A stretch of DNA of 63,636 bases, filler included, from Nemertoderma westbladi (Eukaryota; Animalia; Xenacoelomorpha), in NCBI GenBank assembly GCA_032718475.1. It is 4 parts of 4 records of this genome, joined end to end, with 100 filler letters (N's around TTAATTAATTAA, not from the genome) between each part and the next. Parts side by side here need not be neighbours in the genome. Positions count along the whole stretch, not along the records: positions 1 to 22,572 come from JAUCBJ010003652.1; positions 22,673 to 45,651 come from JAUCBJ010003017.1; 2 more parts are not named here. The stretch is one strand, 5' to 3'. Below, piece by piece: positions 22,276-34,900 of this stretch (positions are counted from its first letter, which is position 1; every line of letters begins with the position of its first letter). The notes under the pieces are model-generated. The model saw only the letters and a program-made list of their open reading frames with translations. It was not told the origin of the DNA and did not search any database. A program made the position numbers and the translations under genes.

Positions 22276-22572
22276 AACCTTAACGAAGTTTATGTATGTA
22301 ACAAATAAGTAGCATTTTGATTTCCATCAGAATCTATAATGAGTCGCAATTAGTCTTGCTCTTTGTCCAGCTGCCGCCACAAACTTAAACCACGAACTAC
22401 AATAGCCAAAAATAAAAATGGACAATAAGTAAATCAGTTTATAATTAAGTCACTTTGTGGCACTGTTTGTGGGTGCGACACTGACTTTGTGGGTGCGACA
22501 CTGACTTTATTTTCAAAAGGCACATCACGAGTCTCAATAACTCGACCCATTAGTCTCTAGGTTCTTGTTCTT

Positions 22573-22672
22573 NNNNNNNNNNNNNNNNNNNNNNNNNNNN
22601 NNNNNNNNNNNNNNNNTTAATTAATTAANNNNNNNNNNNNNNNNNNNNNNNNNNNNNNNNNNNNNNNNNNNN
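22573..22672. other. Artificial contig spacer
   Basis: N44-TTAATTAATTAA-N44. Confidence 0.97.
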
Positions 22673-23378
22673 GGGGTACACCATTTTGGTCCAAAATATG
22701 TCGAAATTTTTTTTATGGTCTATTGTAATGCACCATTGAATGGTGTTTCCAAATCTGAAAACCGCTATTTAATAGCTCTTTTAGTTTTCAAGTTATGTAA
22801 ATTTCCATTTACGGAATCCTATTGAAATTACTATTACTATGTATAATGAAAGGTCGATTATCTCCAAATATTTTTTTCATGAAATTGTCAACTTCAAAAC
22901 CCTACTACTTCTACAATTTTTGAGTAATTAGTCTGAAACTTCCTGTGGGTGTCTAGATAGCCACCCTGCATAAAAGTATCAGGCAACTTTTCGAAATTTT
23001 TTGTTAATAAAATTTAATACTATTTATAAAAAACCTAAAAATTTGCATAAATTTGCAGCGCCACCTAGCGGTGCAGAATTATTTTAACAAAATTTCGCCT
23101 GATAGTTATGTTGCCCCATCTTTGATCTATCATATAAAAAAACTTTCATGTGATTAGGTTCAAAACTGTAAAAGCCTTAGGGTTTTAAGCGCAACCAAGT
23201 TTTTTTTGTTGTTAACTAGTATTAACTAATATTAAATAGCGAAAAAAAAAAATTTTCTGACCTGTCATGTAGAATAGCATCTTAGGCACCTATATGCCAA
23301 ATTTTAGCCAAAATCAAACAATTTTGAAACGCTGAGAGTGATAAATCGAAGAGTTGTCCGAAAATGGTGTACCCCCCC
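22673..23378. mobile_element. MITE with GGGGTACACCATTTT TIRs ending at TTAA (Kolobok-like)
   Basis: GGGGTACACCATTTT...AAAATGGTGTACCCC followed by TTAA (23379-23382); an inverted homolog of its interior lies at 63290-63636. Confidence 0.75.
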
Positions 23379-23980
23379 TTAAGGGGATGCCGGTGGGTGT
23401 GGCATTGGTTCGAATTTAAAGCATTTTGTAATGCATACTGCCCCAAAATACAAATAAGTAGAATTAAAGTGTAACATCATTGTGGACAATATTGAAATAA
23501 AATTATTGTATGTGGGGGAATCTACTCTCGGTCCCGCATATCTGTTATCGGGACGCCGTGCAGGCAATGTTGTAAAGTCGGAACATATGCCGGAGCAGAT
23601 AAGTGTAATAATATATAATGGATATATTGAATAAAGGTAGTCTACTGGGCTACACGGATCTTGGCCCAAACATAGTACCGGTAGACAGGACAGTCGGTAC
23701 TGATAGCCTAAGTATCTATCTATATCACAGACAGACTCTCGGTCGTCATGAAAGTGAAAGTATCTAGTGCCGGTACTGGTACCATAGTCGCTATTGCCAC
23801 AATTATTAAAAAAATATTTTTTGATGCAACTTAGTGCGCGCGGCCAGAATTAATATTTTTGACTTTTTAATATTTCTTCTCAACCTGTTTTGTGGAATCA
23901 GAATGGTGGATTACATGAAAAAAATCGAGTACCTCTTTCACAAATTTCAAAGAAACTTATAAATAATAATGGCATGTGAT

Positions 23981-25038
23981 TTACCAGTCGGTCATACTGT
24001 AGTAGAAGGACCAAGTGGCAAGTGCGACTATAGTTAGGTACAGTTACCAGTCGGTCATACTGTAGTAGAAGGACCAAGTGGCAAGTGCGACTATAGTTAG
24101 GTACAGTTACCAGTCGGTCATACTGTAGTAGAAGGACCAAGTGGCAAGTGCGACTATAGTTAGGTACAGTTACCAGTCGGTCATACTGTAGTAGAAGGAC
24201 CAAGTGGCAAGTGCGACTATAGTTAGGTACAGTTACCAGTCGGTCATACTGTAGTAGAAGGACCAAGTGGCAAGTGCGACTATAGTTAGGTACAGTTACC
24301 AGTCGGTCATACTGTAGTAGAAGGACCAAGTGGCAAGTGCGACTATAGTTAGGTACAGTTACCAGTCGGTCATACTGTAGTAGAAGGACCAAGTGGCAAG
24401 TGCGACTATAGTTAGGTACAGTTACCAGTCGGTCATACTGTAGTAGAAGGACCAAGTGGCAAGTGCGACTATAGTTAGGTACAGTTACCAGTCGGTCATA
24501 CTGTAGTAGAAGGACCAAGTGGCAAGTGCGACTATAGTTAGGTACAGTTACCAGTCGGTCATACTGTAGTAGAAGGACCAAGTGGCAAGTGCGACTATAG
24601 TTAGGTACAGTTACCAGTCGGTCATACTGTAGTAGAAGGACCAAGTGGCAAGTGCGACTATAGTTAGGTACAGTTACCAGTCGGTCATACTGTAGTAGAA
24701 GGACCAAGTGGCAAGTGCGACTATAGTTAGGTACAGTTACCAGTCGGTCATACTGTAGTAGAAGGACCAAGTGGCAAGTGCGACTATAGTTAGGTACAGT
24801 TACCAGTCGGTCATACTGTAGTAGAAGGACCAAGTGGCAAGTGCGACTATAGTTAGGTACAGTTACCAGTCGGTCATACTGTAGTAGAAGGACCAAGTGG
24901 CAAGTGCGACTATAGTTAGGTACAGTTACCAGTCGGTCATACTGTAGTAGAAGGACCAAGTGGCAAGTGCGACTATAGTTAGGTACAGTTACCAGTCGGT
25001 CATACTGTAGTAGAAGGACCAAGTGGCAAGTTCGACTA
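23981..25038. repeat. 63-bp essentially perfect tandem array (~17 units)
   Basis: Unit TTACCAGTCGGTCATACTGTAGTAGAAGGACCAAGTGGCAAGTGCGACTATAGTTAGGTACAG. Confidence 0.97.
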
Positions 25039-25869
25039 ATTAGTTCAATATTTTGATATATTATGGGTGCAGGATTTACCGCGTATGAAAAACTAAAGTA
25101 GAAAACAAGCAATACAGCAGTATTTCATGGCCTACTTTTCACTTTCTCAATTTATTCACGTCATTGGAAAAAATATTCTGGTTTCCTAAACAAAATTCGA
25201 TTTTTCTAAATTTTTTTAACCGTTTAGAAACTTTTCACAGTGAACTTTTTGGAAAAATAAACCCTGGGCAGTGTCAGTTCGCTAAGGCTCCGTCAACTCA
25301 GTGGCTCGCCCCACATATACATCACATACTGCACACCACGTAAATTAAGGTTTACATAATTTTCCATTTTCGAATAAAATAGGATTCCTTGTACGAATTC
25401 CCGCACCGCCAGTGCACAAAAACACAATGTTTTTGATTAAAATGCCTACTCCTACTAATAGATGTACTTAAACTACTAGAAAGCTTTAACTCATATAATA
25501 ACTTTACCAGAAGTTTCTTTAACTTCTCAGCAGTTCTTTCAAATTGATAACCAATATTTCCATCCTTTAATATCATCTGGTTCATTAACCATATTAAATT
25601 GATATGTCTTTGACCGTTCACACAAAATAATGATAGCCAATAAGAAGTCAAAAATTATGCCATGAGTCATATTTTTATTTAGCCTAGCTAAACTTTTGGC
25701 AACTATATTTGATTTTGTCCCAACTGGTATTTTTAATTTTATAATTTAATGAATGTTTTCTTTTCTGTTAATTTTTGTTTTTTATTTTACACAAAAATTC
25801 CACATTTGAAAAATTCCACTTTTTAATTAACCTCAGTCTATTCTCCCTTTGGAATACATTGCATATTTT

Positions 25870-25889
25870 ATATTTTACCTTTTATACAG
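25870..25889 (+). promoter_or_regulatory. Probable splice acceptor upstream of the SETD2 ORF
   Basis: Pyrimidine tract TTTTACCTTTTATACAG|G, 12 nt before ATG 25902, preceded by T-rich intron-like DNA. Confidence 0.6.
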
Positions 25890-25901
25890 GAAAGGTTAGC
25901 C

Positions 25902-28900
25902 ATGGTCGTTAATGAAAATGTGTTAAATGAAGCTACAAAGGAAGAAAATGTTACAAAAAGCTACAAAGATGAGCTTGAAATTCCTATTTCAAGACAGAGT
26001 GCACAGGAACACGAAGAACAAGACAATGTTCAAAATGTTGTGAAAGATATAGATCTAACAATGGAAGTTGTGGACAAATCCTTTGATGATGCTTCCATAA
26101 AGGATTCCAAACATTCCAAAACTAAGCATCACGATAAGAAGAAAAAGAGCAAAAGCTCTTCTCATGTTAAGTCAAAAGATGCTAAGGTGAAGAAATCAAA
26201 GAAAGCCGATATTGATGATGTAGATGTTCAACTAATAGTTAATTCTGAGGAAGAGTTCCCACTGGCTAAAGATTATATTCCTGAAAAGCCCAAACAAAGC
26301 CGACGGAAACATTTGGAAACTAACATGGATACTAGCAGTTCTGTAGTTGAACTTGACATTCAGTGTTCCAGCCATGCTCAAGAATTAGAGGATTCGCGGC
26401 TAGATAGGCGATTAAAACGACTCAGTATGTTATGTAAATCGTCATCCAATGCCACACAACGTAAATCATCTGGTTCTCATAAAGTGGAAGATATCTCCAA
26501 GGCGCGGCATTCTTCGGCTCGTAGAAGGCACTCGCGATCGCTTTCTTCTGATGATGCTCAAGCAAAGCAACATTACCATGGCGATCAACACGAAGGATTT
26601 GATGAAAATAATTTAAATTCACCTTCTAGATTAGGCGATAAATACCCCCATAATATCATGAACTCAGAGTCAAAATCATTTAGCCCCCTTGATAGTCATA
26701 TGTCACACACCAGTGGAGTTCCAATTCGATACTCAGTTTCGCCATTACCACCAAAAGATTCACCTATAAAGAAGGATGAAACTCCTCCACTGAATAATGT
26801 TAGCATAATTACTCCGAGTGATACTTCTAAACATTGTCCTTATCAAATTCATTCTAGTCGATTGGCCTTGTTTCATGGTGGCACTGCACCAAGTCCAACA
26901 AGGGAGCACCCAGTTAGTCCTGATTCAACAACTAAAAGTTCAGAGATTGTCCCAGATGGCAACTATCTACACCATAATAATGTGTCAGATGATGAACGTG
27001 TTGACAGGGGTGATTCTGATCGACATAGGTCTCGAGATAGCCGTCGTGACCGCCCTTACAAGAGATCACGTTCCCGAGATATTGAGAAGTGGCGGTACCA
27101 CAACAGGAGACGTGGTAGGAAGTCTCCAGTAAGGCAGCTTAGAGATGATTTAGCCTGTGTCACAGAGAAGACTGCTATTGCAGGACATTCTGATAAAAAT
27201 GATGATAATGCCATAGATACTGATATTACTATATGCAATATAGACTTAGACAGCATACCAATACCATTATCAGATATTCCAATGCCTGATAGCTCACCTG
27301 TGGCAACTAAGCAAAATATCACTGAAGATTTTCCTAACATTGCAACTGATTTAATGCAGATACCACAACCACCTCCTGGTATAAAACAACTTGTGCCTGA
27401 TGATGCTGTTACTTTCGAAAACCCAGAGAACCATGCTGATGTTGATATTCCACCACCAAAAATTGACTATTCCACATCTGATCCCCTTCTTTATCATCAT
27501 ATCAATAACCTTGAAAACGAGCATTTTGAAGAATCATCTGATGATGATAATGAGTATGTTCCTCTTTCAGGTTCACGTTTTCGAGATATTAAACGGGATC
27601 AAGTACCTGCTCTTTGGGGTTCTTCTCTACCTATAGCAACAGCTATACGGCGGCAATATCCAATCCCTGATCCCCTTCCACATGTCCATCAAGTAATAGA
27701 AGCAGATCAAAACGATGGTCAAAATGTTCCTCCACATTTTGATGAAGATAATAGAGATGATAAAATTGATGGTGATGGTTATCAACCTGCATTTGAGGAA
27801 TTATATTCACCTACGCATGGGGACAGCAGTGGTGATGAAGTTTATATTGCGAAAGACAATGCTTCTAACAAGGAGCTTGATGAGGATTCTGATGAGCCAG
27901 TTTCCATTGAACATTTAATTGAAAGTGTTCATAAAGGTGGCATACCACCATCTGGTGCCATTCTTGATAATATTCCTGGTCTGGGTAGTCCCCAGCATCA
28001 CTCCTCTTCGCAGCGACCTACAATGCGAACTAATCGTTTCCAAACTGAGGGAACTAAACATCCTCAAAGTCATGACATGCCTTCACATTCCACATTTATA
28101 GTTGAGAATTTTGATGATCCATTTGATCACACTGAGGGAATTAATGATGTTGCTGATGATGTCAACTTGATACCATTGCCTACCCAGATTGGTAAGTCCC
28201 CTTTATGTTCTCCTGGTCCTTCAATGAGGTCCATGCGCAATCAGTTACCAACTGGAGGTAGTGAAAATCGCTTTTCCCAACTGTTTCCCTTAGTTGAGCA
28301 GTCTTCCCAGTTGGATGTCCCATTATCTCAAGGTTCGGAATGTGGACCCCCAAAGTATCCACCACATGAAATCGATTTTCCTTCCACTGGTGAGAATTTT
28401 AGTGAGTTTATAGTTCCACCAAATTACCAATTTCCTACAGTGCCAATTGAATCACATAACCAGTCATCACAAAATCTAAATCAATCATTGAACTATCACA
28501 GTAATGAAAAAAGATCTTATGGTACTGAAGCTTCACAGATGCATGCCCTATCACCCATTGATGAACCCAAACCCACAGGTTCCAGATTTACAGCACCACC
28601 TGGCCTTATAGTATGTGATGGATCAAAAGGTCATGTAGGTGAGAATTTATTACAGATACATGATCTATCATCCAATGAAGGAACTCATCCCACAAGTTCC
28701 AGATTTACTGCTCCGCCTGGTCTTATAGTGAGTGGTGTAGCTAAAGATGATTTAGGTGAAAATTATTCTGAAGGTTTAAATCAAATTAGCAACAATAAGG
28801 AAAAATCCAAGGAAGATGCTGATATAGAGCCAGGGTCTGTGAAGGCCAAATTGAAAGCTGCAATGGAAAGAATTAAGTCTGGTAAAAGTAAAATGACACC

Positions 28901-31900
28901 TTCAACATCGAATACTGTTATGGTTGGTTCTGTGTTTAACATTAAGAATAGAAAACTAGCACCAAGTGCCTGCAAAAAAGAAAAATTACCTTTGTCAACT
29001 AAGCCAATAGCAGTTAAACCGACTCAAGTTTTTAATGATGCAGATGATGTGGAAGACGATTACCAAAAGGTCATTACCAAATCTGCAAGCAATAAGCCTC
29101 CTTTAAAAAGTACCCCACGACCTCTTGGTGGTGAAGAGATTGCTTTAGCAATTAAAAACCAACTGGCGGTGGCCAAGGCAAAGGAATTAGCTGAGAAATC
29201 TCTTGCTGATCAAATTCTCATTGATTCTGCATTAAAAGTGGAAGCTGTTTCCCATCAAGCAACTTTAAAGCGTGTCCAGAAGGAACTTGTTAATGAAATT
29301 TCAAAGATTCGAGCTGAAGTGGATGCCAATTCAATGAATAAAGATGAACTACCAGCTTTTGCAAGATCCAGTACATTTGCCAAGTCCATTTCAAAGGATG
29401 ATTCTGATGCTACTGGAAAACCAGATAATTTTGATAGAGACAGGCATATGGAAGAGACTGATAAGGAGCGGCATAAGAAAAGAGATTCATCACCAAGATA
29501 CCACAGTCACAGCAGAAGGTCACGAAGCCGAGATAGGCGACGATCACAATCGAGAACCCGATATAGACGACGGTCACATTCAAGAAATAGAGATACGAGA
29601 TACCGTTCACGCAGTCGAGAGCGCTATGGTAAGGAGTGGAGGAGTCGGGATAGCAGGTCGAGGCCTTACGGTTCAGAGCGACCACACCTTACAGAAGTAA
29701 AGTCCAGACGGGATAAAACTGTTTCATCAGATAGAGATAAATCCAGGCGGGATGAAACTGTTTCATCAGATAGAGATAAATCGAGGCGGGATGAAACTGT
29801 TTCATCAGATAGAGATAAATTACCAACTGGGGATTTTAAAAGATCTAGGTTTTCCGAGCAGCCTTCAGAGTTACGTCGAAGTAGATTCTCTGGCGAAAGT
29901 AAAACAATAGATAGCAATGTTGAACTTACTCTACCACAATCTGCTGTTGCTGAAGTGTTAAACATTAGGTCTAAACAGTCAAAAGACGTAGCACCTAGTA
30001 ATCTGTTACCAGAAACAGTTAGAGTTGGTGCAGTGCCAAAGTCAAAATTTATGAAACCTTCTGATGCTGATGAATCTGGTGCAATTTTTGCTGGGGATGT
30101 AAACCCATATCATTCAAATACACAACCGGGGAAAGGTTATGTTGACACAGAAAATAAATCTGAATCTGGTTCTCTTAAACATCCAAATTATGTAACAGTT
30201 AAGAACATAAAGCATGCACCACCAAAATCTATGAGTGGCAGCAGCAGTAGTGGAAGCAGTTCATCCTCGTCTGGGTCAAATAGTTCTACGTCGAGTTCAT
30301 CTGACAGTGAATGGGAAGAGAAGAACATTACGGATGAGCTTCAGGGACATAATATATCGGCTAAATCTCAGAATAATTCATTGCAAAAGTCAATGCTTGA
30401 TATCAGTGTAAGTAAGGCAAATGATGCAACACAGTTTACTGATCACACCATCCTTAAGGAAGAGTCTTTGCTTAAACATAAAGATAATAATACTAGTTAT
30501 TCAGAAAAACTTGACAGACAATTAGATACAAGAATGTCTGAAGGCCATGATAGAAAACATGACAGATTGCAAAGAGGTACTAAGCCTGATTCAATTCGAT
30601 TGGAAGATACCCACCTTGTAAAATATAACAAAGCAAATGAAAAGAAACAGCAATCTCCAACTGATGGTGATATATTCGCTGATGATAGAAAATATAAATC
30701 GCGCTCTTCCTACAACCAATCTGGTGAAAGAAAATTGGACAGTGGTAAGCATCAAAGTGGTGATAGAGGCCATTACATAGAAGATGACCGACAAACTGGT
30801 GAATTGCAGAATGCAGAACAACATAGAGAGAATGAACAGCTTTATTCAAACGTTGTATCCCAACGAGCTGGACAAAGTAAAGCAACAAAATCACAAGAGA
30901 GAAGTTTGGAACAAAAACAGCAATATAGACAAAGAGGTGGAATGGATATTGAAGATGCAACATTTAGTCCAGATATGGAAGATTCACTGAGGAAAAGTCA
31001 TCATCATCGAGATCAACAAAAATATGATGCAGAAAGTCCTGAAAAGGTGCAACAAAATTATAGTCATAACCAAGAATATAAACATAGGGGAAAACATTAT
31101 GAAAGGGACATTCAAAAGCAACATAGTGAATATGGAGTTAAAAACAGGTCCACTCACAAGAGTCCTACTCCATATGGGGATACGGTACAAATAGAACACC
31201 ACCACAGAAAAGGTAGAGTGCAAAACTCTCAAATAGATTTCAGACAAAACCTTGATAATGAACATCCTCGGGCTGGGAGTAAACATCTATCTAAGTTGGA
31301 AATGGAAAATATTAAACAACCAAGTTTAGAAAGGGAATTGAAATCAAGGCGGCGAACCTCTAGAAAGCGACCTGATCAACATAATCCAGAATATGCTACT
31401 CATTATAGTGAGGAAGAGATATCGGAAAGACACATTACAAGAGATTATATTGCCAAAGGTGGTAGTGGTAGAGGCTATCTTAAAAAGCACCATCAGCCAG
31501 AAGATAAGACAAAGACACACAAACAAAGGAACATTAGTGAATTATCATACAGTAGTGAAAGTGAATCTGATGGGGAAACCGCGGAAAGGCGGGAAGGGAA
31601 GGATTTTTCAAAGCATGTTAAAAGAGTACCACATAGCACTACCATCCGAAATAGTGATAAGCGTTCTGAGACCAGTGCAAGGAGGATCCATAAAGACTAC
31701 CCCTACAGTAGTGATGGTAGCGAATATATGGTCCAACATGATCTCAAAAGTAAGGGTGACTACACACGAAGAATAGTATTACAACCAAAATACCATAGAT
31801 TAAGTAAAGAAACGAGGCATGAAAGAGTTTTGGATGATGCTAATGAATGTGAGACTCAAATCAGCAAAACAGATAAGAGCATGAAAGTAAATGTCAATCG

Positions 31901-34900
31901 ATCTAAAAGCCCAGTAAGCCACCTGAAAAGGGCAGTTAAATCCAATAGGACATCTGTAGAAAGGAGAAAGCCAAACAGAAGTGAAGAATCATCTTCTTCA
32001 TATGGGAGTCCTAGTGACAGTAATGATAATTATGAGCAGCATCATCAACCTCACCATTCCCGCGTTGGCCAAAAAATCACTACCAAACATAGATCTAAGA
32101 ATATGATTGGCCAAAGTGAACATAACATTTGTAAGTCTGTTGATTTATCCAATGCAGATTTTCAGGCTAGACGTAAGCGTACCAAACCCAGATCTTCCAG
32201 TGAGTCATCAGGTTCAAGTGACATTGAAATATTGAGGAAGGCTGCTGAAGCAACCCTGGGTAAGAGAAGATCAGGGTCATATATTGGTGATACAAAATTA
32301 ACAATAAAACAGAAAAGTCCAAATACCATATTTGTTGGCGAGACCAGCTCATCTGAGTCCACATATAGTTCAAATCAATCTGATGGTATGGTTAGTAATG
32401 TAAATCAACCAGTTACTAGGTCTGAATTCAAGAATGAAGGAACTCCATCTTCACCAAAAAGAAAAACGAAAATGCGATGTAAGAAAAAGATTCGTAGATC
32501 TAACGAGCACTTGCAGTTGGAATCAATGCACCATTACCGAGAAGACATGAGTCGTAGTAGTCAGTACCAAGATGTAAAAATTTCGAAATACCAGGTTTTT
32601 AGTCCAAGTCGACACCAGAAGGCAGACCATAGAATGGACAGATATATTGATGTTGATGATAGAGGCAAACATTCGAGATATTCACAAGAGGAAGTCGAGT
32701 ATGGTGATTATTATGATAAAACAAATCGGAGATATATAGTTGAAGATGATGTTTATGAAAGTGAAGAAGAACTACCCACGCAGCGTACAAAGAGATATGA
32801 TAGCAAGGGATATGGTAATAAATATAATAAAAAATTTAGAGAGATTCAAGTAGTTAACAATTCCAAGACTCATCATCATAGGAGACACGCTGAGAACGAG
32901 TCACCTGTAAGGTTAAGTGAATCAAATCAGTCCGACAATTATGACAATCAAGGTCGTCATAAAGAACGCTCAAAAGCGACAAAATCGAATCAAGTTATGC
33001 AGAGGCATCACCATAAGAGACGGAAATGGAGTCCTGATTCTGGTAGTGATGAGAAGTATAAGCAAGCTGTAAAGGTTAGAAATGAATATTTAAAACGGGG
33101 TGCTTCAGGGAAGATTCCAAAGAGACAGGTTTTTAGGGAGAAATCGGAGCAACATACATCTGGGGAAGATTCTTCAGATTCAGAAACCTCTGATGACGAC
33201 ATTATTGAACGGAATATGATTAGAAAACAGAAACGTAGAAACAAAGACACATCTTCCCATCGTACACATATATGTAGGAAAAAATTGGCCAAGGAACAAA
33301 AACGTGAACTTCGGCAACAAGGGGAATCAATGTCTCATGATCGTGTACATGTGATTGAATCAAGCAACTGTGATGTAAGGCATAAAAATGTACCAGAAAC
33401 AACAGTTCAATCAAATAAACCAATAGTTCCATGTGAACCCCCACTGAAGCCGATTGAACCTGTTCCACCACCTGATGTTGATCCCAATATCAGAGAAGAT
33501 TCAAATTCTGGAGACTTTAGACCGACAATGTTGGAACCAGTGATGTCGATTCCTTCTGCAGAATACATGGCAAAACATCCACCACCTAATATTGATCACC
33601 TGCTGCTCAATCACGATGATGTTGTTCAAAAGCCGTCGGGCAGTGATAGTCACGGTACTCGCCACCCCAGTGGTTCAATATCAATGAAAGCGGGCCAATC
33701 AAAAAAGACCAGCCGATCACCCAGCCCCAGACGTAGATCACGCAGAAGTAGGTCCATTTCTAATCATAGAGGACGACCTCGCAGCAGAAGATCTAGATCT
33801 CGGGGATTTAAAAGATCAAGATCTCGAGATTACAGCAGGAGGCGGTCGCGATCTCGAGGGTATTCCCCAAAACGTCGATCACGATCAGTCGATCGCCGAC
33901 GTAGATATTCACCTCATCGTCGTGGCCGTTCGCGTAGATCACATTCACGTGATAGGAGGCGATCAAGATCTCAATCATATGGCGGAAATCGTTCACGTAA
34001 GAACAGATTAGAAAGGTCATCATCTTATAATAAACAACATAGAATATCTTATCGCAAAAAGTCCCCAATTCGTGATTCTAATGTTAAATTGTCGCGACGT
34101 TCCATTTCAAATTCTCCTCCTCTGGCTAAAAAGTCTGAGTTTCGAACCGATAGATCTGTTGATGACACAAATAGACCGACTTCAACCTCAAGTAGTGGGG
34201 TGAGTGTTTCTTCTGGAGAAAATTCCAAGGTGACTACAATGCAGACTACAATGCAAAACGTGACTCTTAAACCAGTAGAATTTAATCCCTTGGCCAAATC
34301 AGAACAAATTCCTATTCCGCCACAACCAGAAAAATTATTCAATCCGATGGTCCATCATGAGTACCAAGTTTATGAGCAACCGGTAACTGTCCCATTTCCT
34401 ATGGTGGCGAATACCGTGCAGTATGGAGCTATGGGCGAAGTCTTCTATGATGGGACAGCTGTTCATCCTTCTCCCATGGTGGAGCAACAGCCATGGTTTG
34501 ACATGTCGACTCGGCCGTCGAATGTAGCATTTCCATTATCGATGATGGCTCCGACGCAGCCGCCTATTTCATTGTCTGCACCACCGCCACCACCACCACC
34601 AGTACAAGGATGGTCTGGTAGCGGTATAACACCCAGACCTCAACAGCCAAGTCACTACATGCCTCCGGTATTTATGCCACGTGGTGAGATTGACTCGATG
34701 CATCCATCTCGTAGAGACCACGTTCCTGAATATAACCGCAAACACAGTCAAGGGCTCCGGGGTAGAGGCCGTGGCCGTGGTTACCCATCGGTTGTGGTCC
34801 ATTCAACTAGTGACCAACACAATGTATCCAGCACAGACGACAGGTTGTTTGAAGCAAGACAGGCGGCAACTAAGGATGTCGCTGATGGTAGTGGTGATGA

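Noticed and set aside
22617-22628. TTAATTAATTAA motif within N runs
   Set aside because: Identical in all three gaps; synthetic six-frame-stop linker.
23898-25112. 404-aa repetitive ORF
   Set aside because: Translation of a 63-bp tandem array (multiple of 3, no stop in one frame); no evidence of coding.
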